A stretch of DNA of 51,940 nucleotides from Eubacteriales bacterium. Lineage in GTDB: Bacteria > Bacillota > Clostridia > Oscillospirales > CAG-272. The DNA lies in contig JAZUQN010000031.1 in the NCBI GenBank assembly GCA_045605745.1, forward strand, positions 1 through 51,940. Reading direction: 5' to 3'. Within the stretch, counting starts at the first letter, position 1. Each line of letters starts with the position of its first letter. The notes beneath the pieces are model-generated. The model was not told the origin of the DNA, searched no databases, and worked only from the letters and a program-made list of their open reading frames with translations. The position numbers were made by a program, and so were the translations under genes. This document shows, one piece after another, positions 1 to 7,950 of the stretch.

Positions 1-488
1 CGCTTATTGTGCATCATCCTCACACGAAGCTCCGGATTGGTGGTATGAACGGAAATATTCACCGGAGAGATGTGCATCTCCCGGATGCGGTCAATATCCT
101 CCTGATGCAGATTCGTCAGAGTGATATAGTTTCCGTGCAGAAAAGAGAGCCGGGAATCGTCATCCTTGAAATACAGGGATTTTCGCATTCCGCGCGGCAG
201 CTGGTCTATAAAACAGAAGATGCACTTATTTTCACAGGAATGCTTTTTATCCATAAGAGGTCTTTCAAATTCAAGACCGATATCCTCATATTCGTCCTTA
301 CTGATACTTGCAGTGTATTCTATGGCCTCTCGAAGGAGCTTAAGCTCAATTTTCTCGGCCGCCAGATAAAAGCGGTAATCAAGAACATCGTTTATATCGT
401 TTCCATCGATAGAAACAAGGATATCAAAGGGCTCAATGCCCGATTTTGCTGCAAGGCTATCTTTTATAACATCGGTTATTTCGACCAT
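1..488 (-). CDS. DUF512-type PDZ plus radical-SAM-like Fe-S protein (N-terminal part; the gene runs off the left edge)
   Basis: This gene is not in the ORF track because it is open at the window edge. The reverse complement reads MVEITDVIKDSLAAKSGIEPFDILVSIDGNDINDVLDYRFY...HSCENKCIFCFIDQLPRGMRKSLYFKDDDSRLSFLHGNYITLTNL. GGAGG lies 5 nt upstream of the ATG (488-486). A PDZ-like N-terminus followed by a CxxxCxxC cluster (CENKCIFC) is typical of DUF512 proteins. Confidence 0.75.
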   Translation of the reverse strand, partial: MVEITDVIKDSLAAKSGIEPFDILVSIDGNDINDVLDYRFYLAAEKIELKLLREAIEYTASISKDEYEDIGLEFERPLMDKKHSCENKCIFCFIDQLPRGMRKSLYFKDDDSRLSFLHGNYITLTNLHQEDIDRIREMHISPVNISVHTTNPELRVRMMHNK

Positions 489-553
489 TTACCCCTCCAT
501 AATTTTCAGCATACCATCGTAATTTATCATTATATCACAAATAGCAGATTTTG

Positions 554-1468
554 TCAATCAAAACGTGCGGCATAAAACATATATTGCTGAGCGATACCCG
601 CATAGTCACCAAGAGTTTTGGGATCAAAGCTATCAGGGAATTTTTCACTGAGAATGCGGCGAATCCAGACATCTATCGGAAAGGAATCGTATTTTTCCAT
701 GCAAAACAGTGCAGTGCAGGAGGCAACCTTCATACCAACGCCGTAAACCATGCAAAGAGCCTCAAGGCACTTCTCACATGAAAGCTTAGAAACAGCATCA
801 AGATCAAGCTCGCCGTCTGCCACCTTTTTTGCGGCATCATATATGTATGCTGCTCTGAATCCCACACGAAGCTCTCTGAGTCCGTCCTCGCCAAGCTCTA
901 AAACAGCTTCAGGAGTTGGAAACGAATATTCCTTTTCACTGGCGCCGTGCTCTCTCATGCCAGTCACATCAACTTCATTTCCGCATTTGGCAGAAAGATG
1001 GCGAATGATCTTTTTGATTCTCGGAATATTGTTGTTTTGGGAAATGATAAACGAACAAAGCGTTTCCCATTTTTCCTGCCTGAGTATTCTTATTCCGTCT
1101 CCACGCTCCATAGCCGAAAGCATGTATTCACCGGGACAGCGTGCTTCAATATCCCGTCTTATATTTTCATAATCAATGTCGAGTCCAAGATAAGCCCTCA
1201 TATAACCAAGATAAAAATCCGAATCGCAGTTATAGATATAAATACTTTCTCCATCCTGTGCCACAGAAATAAATTTTCCGCAGATAACCCCTGAAAATTC
1301 CGTCTCGTGCTTTGTTTCCGGCACAGGCTCAAATCTAAAGCACTGTCCGCAGTCAAAGGTTTTTGAAACCGAAAATCCTCTGACATTATCGATTTTTATA
1401 TATGTAACCCCATTCTCATTTCTCTCTTCAAAAATATCCATGGGGCGTTTTTCTAAACAAATGTTCAC
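554..1468 (-). CDS. ogg: 8-oxoguanine DNA glycosylase / AP lyase (Ogg family, HhH-GPD)
   Basis: 304-aa ORF with a GTG start and GAGGA 6 nt upstream. It has the N-terminal FDCGQCFRF motif, a helix-hairpin-helix GVGMKVASC with a Lys, and a downstream PIDVW Asp. Confidence 0.75.
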   Translation of the reverse strand: MNICLEKRPMDIFEERNENGVTYIKIDNVRGFSVSKTFDCGQCFRFEPVPETKHETEFSGVICGKFISVAQDGESIYIYNCDSDFYLGYMRAYLGLDIDYENIRRDIEARCPGEYMLSAMERGDGIRILRQEKWETLCSFIISQNNNIPRIKKIIRHLSAKCGNEVDVTGMREHGASEKEYSFPTPEAVLELGEDGLRELRVGFRAAYIYDAAKKVADGELDLDAVSKLSCEKCLEALCMVYGVGMKVASCTALFCMEKYDSFPIDVWIRRILSEKFPDSFDPKTLGDYAGIAQQYMFYAARFD

Positions 1469-1498
1469 TTTAAATCCTCAAAAATTCATATTTTGTAC

Positions 1499-1528
1499 TT
1501 GCATTGGGCATATCAAAAGTGTTATAAT
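1499..1528 (+). promoter_or_regulatory. sigma-A type promoter for the 1604 gene
   Basis: TTGCAT (1499-1504), an 18-nt spacer, then TATAAT (1523-1528). Confidence 0.5.
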
Positions 1529-1603
1529 GATAAATGCTATGCTTGCTTAATATATTATATATTATTTTTTTGGATATTACAAGAGCAAATTTAAGGAGTA
1601 TTT

Positions 1604-2314
1604 ATGGAACAGATCTATGCAATACCGGTGAACGAAGCTTTTAGAGAAGGAGCCGAAAAGCCCGAGGTCGGTTGCCCATTTTGCGCAATTTACAGAAAGC
1701 TTGAGGAAAACGAGCTTGATCTCATACTCGGAGCCTCAATGATGGAGCCGGACACAAGAATAAAAACCAATAAAGAAGGCTTCTGCCGCACTCATTATGA
1801 TATGATGTTTGTTCGCAAAAACCGCCTTGGCATGGCGCTGACTCTTGAAAGCCACCTTAATGAGCTTAGAGACGAAATGAAGGATACTCTTGCAGGAAAG
1901 CTTGCCGGAAAGAGGGGCGAGCGTGCGGTGAAGCGCATAAAAGCTCTTGAGAGTACCTGCTATGTTTGCTCTCGCATCGAATATCACTTTGAGCATATGA
2001 TAGAGACCTCTGTTCTTCTTTGGGAAAGCCAAGCCGATTTTCCTGCACTTGTTAAAAATCAACCCTATTATTGTCTGCCACACTATCGCAGAATGGTTGG
2101 ATATGCAATGGATAGGCTAAATAAAAAGAAATACAGTGAATTTGAAGAGCACTGCTCAGAGCCTCAGTATAAATATTTTGATAAGTTAAGAAATGATGTT
2201 AGCTGGTTCTGCAAAAAATATGATTATCGATATGACGAAGAGCCTTGGTATGATTCAAAGGACGCCGTGGAGCGTGCAATGAAATTCCTGCGCTCGGACA
2301 TACATAAAAACTAA
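1604..2314 (+). CDS. Cys-rich conserved hypothetical protein (DUF6062-like, from memory)
   Basis: 236-aa ORF with AAGGAG upstream. It has two halves, each with a CxxC ... CxxH pair: CPFC/CRTH and CYVC/CLPH. Confidence 0.5.
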   Translation: MEQIYAIPVNEAFREGAEKPEVGCPFCAIYRKLEENELDLILGASMMEPDTRIKTNKEGFCRTHYDMMFVRKNRLGMALTLESHLNELRDEMKDTLAGKLAGKRGERAVKRIKALESTCYVCSRIEYHFEHMIETSVLLWESQADFPALVKNQPYYCLPHYRRMVGYAMDRLNKKKYSEFEEHCSEPQYKYFDKLRNDVSWFCKKYDYRYDEEPWYDSKDAVERAMKFLRSDIHKN

Positions 2315-2328
2315 GGAGAAAACCGACA

Positions 2329-2880
2329 ATGCTTGATCTTCTTGAGCTTCATAAACGCTTTATATTAAATCACTTAGGAGAAGGCGATACGGCAGTTGAT
2401 TTTACAATGGGAAACGGATATGACACCGCATTTTTATCAAAAACAGTTGGAAAGAGCGGTCATGTTTATTCCTTTGACATTCAACAGCAGGCTCTTGATT
2501 CAACAGCTAAAAAACTAAGAGAGCTTGGGTGTCCCGAAAATTACACCCTCATAAAGGATTCGCACCACAATGTGCTGAATTATGTTGAAGGTCCTATAAA
2601 AGCCGGAATGTTTAACCTTGGATATCTTCCGGGCGGTGACAAAAGCATAACAACAATGCGTGAAACAACTATGCCTGCAATCAAGGCGGCAATCAGCCTG
2701 CTGGGAGCAGACTCGGTGCTTAATGTGGCTGTGTATCCCGGTCACGCCGAGGGTGATGCCGAAGGTAAAATGATATGCGAATATCTTGAGGGACTTGACC
2801 GAAGAAAGATCTGCTGCACGCAGATCAAAATACTTAATTCTAAAACATCACCGTATTTTATCGTTATCGAAACAAAATAA
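2329..2880 (+). CDS. class I SAM-dependent methyltransferase, MnmM/YtqB-like (putative tRNA/rRNA methylase)
   Basis: 183 aa. Contains DFTMGNGYDT (SAM motif I-like), YSFDIQ and PGH motifs. It lies 14 nt after the upstream gene. Confidence 0.6.
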   Translation: MLDLLELHKRFILNHLGEGDTAVDFTMGNGYDTAFLSKTVGKSGHVYSFDIQQQALDSTAKKLRELGCPENYTLIKDSHHNVLNYVEGPIKAGMFNLGYLPGGDKSITTMRETTMPAIKAAISLLGADSVLNVAVYPGHAEGDAEGKMICEYLEGLDRRKICCTQIKILNSKTSPYFIVIETK

Positions 2881-2904
2881 AAGGTGACAGAGAAAGGCTG
2901 CAAG

Positions 2905-4395
2905 ATGAATAATTTTGATGAAAACAACGAGTTTGTGAAAAGACCTGCAAGCTCAAACACGCAGGTGCCGCCGAGAAATATCCCCGGCCAGGTCAGAAGG
3001 CCAAGCACAAACGGCACACAAAACCATGTTCAGAATAGACCTGCAAATAGCGAAAGAAAAGTTTTTTCAAGCAATCAAAGGCCAATAAGCAACAGCAGAA
3101 TTATGCCAAATTCAGCTAATGTCAAAAAAGCCTCTCCCACCATAGAAAGAAAGGCTAAAGCTCCTAAAGATGTAAAAAGCATCTTGAAAAATGTGCTTAT
3201 ATTCTTTGCTATGCTCATCGCAATGCTTGTTATCGGCTTTTCGCTTTTGCTTTCCTCTCTTTATGTTGCCCCTGAAAAAGCGAACACAAGCTATAGCTAT
3301 ATTATGGGTGAGAATGAGCTTTCATCCCTCACCGTCAATAACGTTCTTTATATGAACATAACCGAGCTTTCCGATATGTGCAGCTTTATCGTCAGCGGCA
3401 CAAAGGATTCCCTCCGATACACCGCTTCAAATGAAGAATATATCGAATTTACCATTGGCAGCAGATCTGCAAAGATCAATGGAGATATAGTTAATATGGA
3501 GGGTGCGGCACTTGTGCGTGAGAGCGAAAATGTTTGGATTCCCCTCTCCTTTGCCGAGCTTTATATTAACGGTATCAACATAGAAAAAAGCGAAGAAGAA
3601 CATATTATAGCCATCTGTCGCACGGAAAAAGGTAAGGATGATGAGGGAGTTCCATATTATTCTGAGATCACCTTCCGCATAAAGGGCTCTCAGTCGCTTG
3701 AAGGAATTGAAGAGGATCCAGATATCGGAGATATAACCGATCTTGATTTTGTAAATGATCTTTCGGAATACGAGCAATATATGAATCCCGAGGATAGAGA
3801 CGCATATCTCATTCTCGTAAACAAAACCAATCATATTTCAGAGGATGATATACCCGAAAATCTGATATCAATTGTGAATGTCAGACAGGACGGTCGCAAG
3901 GAGCAGATGGTCGAATGTGCCGAAAAAGCACTTGAAGCAATGTTCATTGAGCTTAAAAGCGCAGGCTACACAGATGTTTCGGTCACAAGCGGATATCGCT
4001 CATATCAAAAGCAGGTGTCCCTTTTCACAACATATCTTCAGCGTGAAATGGCTCAAAATCCAAATCTAAGTGAAGCTGAAGCTAAAGAAATAGTGCTCAC
4101 ATATTCTGCTTTTCCGGGCACAAGCGAGCACCAAACCGGTCTTTGCTGTGATATGCACAATCTTTCCTCTGCCGATGTGGCTTTTGCGAAAAAAGAGGCT
4201 TATACATGGCTAAAGGAAAATTGCCACAAATTTGGATTTGTAATACGCTTTCCCGAGGATAAGGTTGACATAACCGGCTATAGCTTTGAGCCTTGGCATT
4301 ACCGCTTTGTCGGCAGATACCACGCAACAAGAATGTATAAGCTGGGTATGTGCCTGGAGGAATATACCCTGCACCTGGCAAAAGCAGAAGACTGA
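2905..4395 (+). CDS. membrane-anchored D-alanyl-D-alanine carboxypeptidase, VanY/M15B family
   Basis: Carries the motifs SGYRSYQKQ, SEHQTGLCCDM and EPWHYRFVG. It has an N-terminal low-complexity cytoplasmic tail and one TM helix (ILKNVLIFFAMLIAMLVIGFSLLLSSL). I prefer the ATG at 2905 (GAAAGG 7 nt upstream) over the GTG at 2884. Confidence 0.8.
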   Translation: MNNFDENNEFVKRPASSNTQVPPRNIPGQVRRPSTNGTQNHVQNRPANSERKVFSSNQRPISNSRIMPNSANVKKASPTIERKAKAPKDVKSILKNVLIFFAMLIAMLVIGFSLLLSSLYVAPEKANTSYSYIMGENELSSLTVNNVLYMNITELSDMCSFIVSGTKDSLRYTASNEEYIEFTIGSRSAKINGDIVNMEGAALVRESENVWIPLSFAELYINGINIEKSEEEHIIAICRTEKGKDDEGVPYYSEITFRIKGSQSLEGIEEDPDIGDITDLDFVNDLSEYEQYMNPEDRDAYLILVNKTNHISEDDIPENLISIVNVRQDGRKEQMVECAEKALEAMFIELKSAGYTDVSVTSGYRSYQKQVSLFTTYLQREMAQNPNLSEAEAKEIVLTYSAFPGTSEHQTGLCCDMHNLSSADVAFAKKEAYTWLKENCHKFGFVIRFPEDKVDITGYSFEPWHYRFVGRYHATRMYKLGMCLEEYTLHLAKAED

Positions 4396-4528
4396 TGTGC
4401 TTATAACACAAAAATTTATAATGTGAGCTTGTGAATGAGGGCTGCAGAACAGGTGTAACACTTGCTATGATATCAAATCTGTTTGCGGCAATAACAATAC
4501 CATTGTTAATATAAAATATACTAACCCC

Positions 4529-4564
4529 AAATAGGCTGATGAGTGTCAATCAGCCTATTTTTAT
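4529..4564 (+). terminator. intrinsic terminator after the VanY-like gene
   Basis: AATAGGCTGAT / ATCAGCCTATT stem followed by a T-run. Confidence 0.7.
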
Positions 4565-4620
4565 ATTTGAATTTTGATTTATTGAGTCTCAAATATAAGA
4601 TGCGGTTTGCTTTATTTCTC

Positions 4621-4649
4621 TTGACGATTAGCAGAAAGTATGATAAAAT
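4621..4649 (+). promoter_or_regulatory. sigma-A type promoter for the FHA gene
   Basis: TTGACG, a 17-nt spacer, then TAAAAT. Confidence 0.55.
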
Positions 4650-4690
4650 GTAGCTTAGCATCTTACGGAATTTTCACTAAGGAGTTATAA

Positions 4691-5926
4691 ATGGAAAATA
4701 GTAACCTTCAGGCAGATATTGATCTCGCAGCAGGTCAAAGAATATTTATTTTCGATGCCGAAAAAGAGCCAATTGAGATATACCTCTCTTCTTTCGGCAA
4801 GAAAGAGGTGCTTTGCGGCCGAAATACAGCCGGCGATATTGTACTTTCATCAAAGATTTCATCAATGAATCATGCGAGGTTTATTTTTGAAAACGACAGA
4901 TGGAATCTTTATGACCTTGACAGTATACTCGGCATTTTGTATGATGGCAATAATGTTGACGGTGTTATCGTTACTGAAGACGATTTTGTCAGAATAGATA
5001 ATAAGAATAAAACAATAAAAGACGGTGTTCTTATTCTTTTCGCAAATAGGAAATATGCACCAAGATGGACTCGCTTTTCAATTAGTGACGAGGGCGAAAC
5101 CGAGCTTCAAAATCTTGATGCAACTCTTGAAGGGGCTGCGATATTACATAACGGTTCTGATTTTGAATTCGTCATCCCCGTGGGACAGAGCATAACCATC
5201 AATAATGATATTATCTCCGGACGCTATAAGCTTTCCGAAAAGGATGTTATTGCAACCCCGGAGTGCCGCTTGGTATTCACTTCAAGCGCACTCTATTATA
5301 ACAAGATAAAGGATCGCCCTTTGCCCAAAAACATACCTGTGCTCGATCTTGCTATGATTGAGCAAGATGAAAAGGATAATGCCGACATATTGGCTGATGA
5401 GCCTTCAGACTTTGAGAAAGAGCCGTTAGCAGAAGAGTCATCTTATGTACCCACCGAACAAAGCAGTTTCTCCAATATAGCATCCGGTCTTGCCTCAACA
5501 AAAGTGAAGCCTGTTCAAAACAATACTTATCGGGCACAGACCGATTATGTGTCAAACGGCTATTCCTGTGGAAACAATAAAAGCACTCATTGCAAGAATC
5601 CTTTTTGGAGTAAGTTAAAGGGTTTCTTTATATCTAAATTGGGATACTATGCAATGGTTGCGGTGTTTGCCTATGTCCTTTGGGGGATAACCATCAATTC
5701 TTTGAATTCTGATGGGGCGGTCGCTTTGATAATTATGCTGTGTTGTACTTATTTCGGCTGGAAAACACTTAGCAGAATTCAGCCCGAAGCTTTCTCGTGG
5801 CTCACAGGAATAGCTTGGCTTATTTATATTTGGACAAAGTTTTCTGTTTCTGTTTTTATCGGAGTTGTTGTGGCGCCCTTTAGGTTGGCAAAACGGATCA
5901 CCTGTCTTATAAACGATAAGCTGTAA
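4691..5926 (+). CDS. FHA domain protein with a C-terminal multi-TM region
   Basis: FHA signature in CGRNTAGDIVLSSKISSMNHARFIFENDRWNLYDLDS..G. The C-terminal ~100 aa contain several hydrophobic helices. AAGGAG RBS. Confidence 0.7.
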   Translation: MENSNLQADIDLAAGQRIFIFDAEKEPIEIYLSSFGKKEVLCGRNTAGDIVLSSKISSMNHARFIFENDRWNLYDLDSILGILYDGNNVDGVIVTEDDFVRIDNKNKTIKDGVLILFANRKYAPRWTRFSISDEGETELQNLDATLEGAAILHNGSDFEFVIPVGQSITINNDIISGRYKLSEKDVIATPECRLVFTSSALYYNKIKDRPLPKNIPVLDLAMIEQDEKDNADILADEPSDFEKEPLAEESSYVPTEQSSFSNIASGLASTKVKPVQNNTYRAQTDYVSNGYSCGNNKSTHCKNPFWSKLKGFFISKLGYYAMVAVFAYVLWGITINSLNSDGAVALIIMLCCTYFGWKTLSRIQPEAFSWLTGIAWLIYIWTKFSVSVFIGVVVAPFRLAKRITCLINDKL

Positions 5927-5968
5927 AAAACAAAACCTGCCGGGCTATATAGCTCAGCAGGTTTTGTT
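5927..5968. terminator. bidirectional intrinsic terminator
   Basis: AAAACCTGC...GCAGGTTTT stem, with an A-run on the left and a T-rich stretch on the right. It sits between convergent genes. Confidence 0.7.
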
Positions 5969-5979
5969 ATGTAATATCA

Positions 5980-6210
5980 TTATACATCCGGAAATTCTAT
6001 TTCCATATTTGCGGAGGCAGACATAGAAGGCATACGCTTAGGGATTCTTTTGAGAGGATCGTATGCAAATCGGCGGCAATGATGCGTAAGAGAAACTACC
6101 CCACGTTTTTCGCAAAGCACATATTCGTCACCGGCAAGGGGAGTTGCCTTCTCGCAATAAGCACAGCATTTTACTATTTCAAGATTTTCTTCTGCATATT
6201 TGCGTTTCAT
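5980..6210 (-). CDS. small zinc-ribbon-like Cys/His protein (76 aa), function unknown
   Basis: MKRKYAEENLEIVKCCAYCEKATPLAGDEYVLCEKRGVVSLTHHCRRF... GAGGAAGGA lies upstream of the ATG at 6210. The longer 99-aa call has no RBS. Confidence 0.5.
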   Translation of the reverse strand: MKRKYAEENLEIVKCCAYCEKATPLAGDEYVLCEKRGVVSLTHHCRRFAYDPLKRIPKRMPSMSASANMEIEFPDV

Positions 6211-6368
6211 ATAAACTGCTATCCTTCCTCTTTTTATGACATACACATGTATTATATAACAATTTTTCTGAAAAATCAAGAGCTAATACAGCATTTTGAT
6301 AGATATGAATAAATTTTCATTAAATGGAAAAAAATGAAATGAAGATGCTAAATTATTGCTAAGACTCA

Positions 6369-6397
6369 TTGACAAAATCCACACTTTGTGATAAAAT
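6369..6397 (+). promoter_or_regulatory. sigma-A type promoter for the MinD-like operon
   Basis: TTGACA, a 17-nt spacer, then TAAAAT. Confidence 0.6.
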
Positions 6398-6434
6398 ATA
6401 CTAAAATAATTTTCTTAAAAGGAGGTTTTTTGGT

Positions 6435-7268
6435 ATGGATGATGCGACAACGGATACTGCGTTTGCAAAATCTTCTTGCCAAACAATAATTATAACCTCC
6501 TGCAAGGGTGGAGTTGGAAAGTCAACCGTAACAGCCAATCTTGCTTTTGCAATTGCCAATAGAGGCAAGAGAGTTTTGACTGTTGATTGCGATTTTTCAA
6601 ACCGTTCTCTTGACCTGATATTTGGTTGTGAAGATTCTGTTGTTTATGATATCTGCGATGTTATTTGCGGCAGATGCGATATAGAGAGAGCTGTGCTTGC
6701 AGACCGAAGAAATGAAAATCTTTTTTTCTGCGCAGCCCCCCTTGAAGCCGAAGAAAGCTTTGGTGCTGAGAAAATTTCAGAGGTTTTGGCGGCTGCAAAA
6801 GAGAAATTCAATCTTGATTATATTCTTATTGATACACCGGGGGCTTCTCCCGAAACTGTTGAGCTTGTTTCAAGCGAAGCCGATATGGCTTTGATTATTG
6901 TTTCCCATCAGCCCACTGCTGCAAGAGCCGCTGAAAGAACGGGAATGACGCTTGATCGTCTTGGTATCAAAGATCAAAGATTGATCGTTAATTCATTTGA
7001 TGCAGAAGCTGTTGTAAGTGGTCTTAGGACAGGTATAAATGAGCTTATAGACAAAACTCATACAAGGCTTGTTGGTATAATTCCACATGAATATGAGCTT
7101 TCTCTTTCTCAGGAATATGGAAAGCTTTGCGCTGAGGTTGATAATAAAAATATGAGGCGTATTTCAGCGGCTTTTGATAATATTGCTGCCAGAGTATGCG
7201 GTGTTTCACGCCCGCTTCTCAAAAAAGTCTATTATGGTAAAAAACGCAGAGATCTGCTTGAAAAATAA
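6435..7268 (+). CDS. MinD/ParA-family P-loop ATPase (orphan; no minC or minE nearby)
   Basis: Deviant Walker A SCKGGVGKST. DCD and DTPG motifs. Basic C-terminal tail LLKKVYYGKKRRDLLEK. GGAGG RBS. Confidence 0.75.
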   Translation: MDDATTDTAFAKSSCQTIIITSCKGGVGKSTVTANLAFAIANRGKRVLTVDCDFSNRSLDLIFGCEDSVVYDICDVICGRCDIERAVLADRRNENLFFCAAPLEAEESFGAEKISEVLAAAKEKFNLDYILIDTPGASPETVELVSSEADMALIIVSHQPTAARAAERTGMTLDRLGIKDQRLIVNSFDAEAVVSGLRTGINELIDKTHTRLVGIIPHEYELSLSQEYGKLCAEVDNKNMRRISAAFDNIAARVCGVSRPLLKKVYYGKKRRDLLEK

Positions 7269-7294
7269 AAACGAAATAAGAGAGGGATGAATTG

Positions 7295-7723
7295 ATGCAT
7301 ATAGCTATTATTGCACACGACACAAAGAAGGAACTTATGACTCAGTTTTGTATAGCCTATTGTGGCATACTCAGCAAGCATAATTTGTGCGCAACGAGTA
7401 TCACGGCAAAATACATTTCTGAGGCAACAGGTCTTAAGATAGAAAAGCTCATGACAGGTGAACACGGCGGCGAGCAACAAATTGCATCAAGAATCGCATA
7501 TGACGAGGTTGATATTTTGCTGTTTTTCAGAAGCACAAGTCCCGGAACTTCATATGACGAAGAGGAATTTGAGCTGCTCAGTATGTGTGATAGACACAAT
7601 GTTCCGGTTGCAACCAATATTGCAACTGCGGAGGTGCTGATTTGCGCACTTGAAAGAGGAGATCTTGATTGGCGCGATATTGTCAATCCCCACTCTGAGT
7701 ATAACCGCCAAAGAAACGGATGA
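7295..7723 (+). CDS. methylglyoxal synthase-like (MGS fold) protein with non-canonical active-site residues
   Basis: MHIAIIAHDTKKELM...CATSITA...GEHGGEQQ...SYDEEE...VPVATN is colinear with MgsA. The canonical motifs ATGTTG, GGDQQ and PHDPDV are all altered. Confidence 0.65.
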   Translation: MHIAIIAHDTKKELMTQFCIAYCGILSKHNLCATSITAKYISEATGLKIEKLMTGEHGGEQQIASRIAYDEVDILLFFRSTSPGTSYDEEEFELLSMCDRHNVPVATNIATAEVLICALERGDLDWRDIVNPHSEYNRQRNG

Positions 7724-7736
7724 ATTTATAAAATCA

Positions 7737-7767
7737 AAAGAGCTGAGAATTTGTCTCAGCTCTTTTT
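7737..7767 (+). terminator. intrinsic terminator after the MGS-like gene
   Basis: AAAAGAGCTGAGA / TCTCAGCTCTTTT stem followed by a T-run. Confidence 0.75.
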
Positions 7768-7803
7768 GATTGCAGAAAGGAGCGTATAAGCTGTGAGAAA
7801 AAG

Positions 7804-7897
7804 CAAACAGGGGTTTATGAGAGAGTTGCAGTTTTACAAACAAGAGCCCTCTGCGAAATTTTTATAAAACCACAACTCCCCTATAAACCCCTGTTTG
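7804..7897 (+). repeat. 94-bp mini-foldback; member of the dispersed repeat family seen at 17.15 kb and 43.8 kb
   Basis: CAAACAGGGGTTTAT (7804-7818) is a perfect complement of 7883-7897. The next 16 nt pair at 13 of 16 positions. The left end is homologous to the outer ends of the 0.8-kb foldback. Confidence 0.7.
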
Positions 7898-7909
7898 ACA
7901 AATCAATGC

Positions 7910-7946
7910 AAAAAAATCAGGCTAAGACTTAAGCTTAGCCTGATTA
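7910..7946 (-). terminator. intrinsic terminator of the aminotransferase operon
   Basis: AATCAGGCTAAG / CTTAGCCTGATT stem. An A-run on the plus strand corresponds to a U-run on the minus-strand transcript. Confidence 0.7.
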
Positions 7947-7950
7947 CATT

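Noticed and set aside
9-575. 188-aa plus-strand ORF at the left edge.
   Set aside because: It is the antisense shadow of a much better supported minus-strand gene (1-488), which has a GGAGG RBS and DUF512-type motifs. The plus-strand ORF has no RBS and no recognisable motif.
4452-4500. Short hairpin, GCAGAACAGG...CTGTTTGC, that resembles the AAACAGG terminus of the repeat family.
   Set aside because: Only about 11 of 16 positions match the repeat head, and nothing beyond that. This is too weak to distinguish from chance without a genome-wide model.
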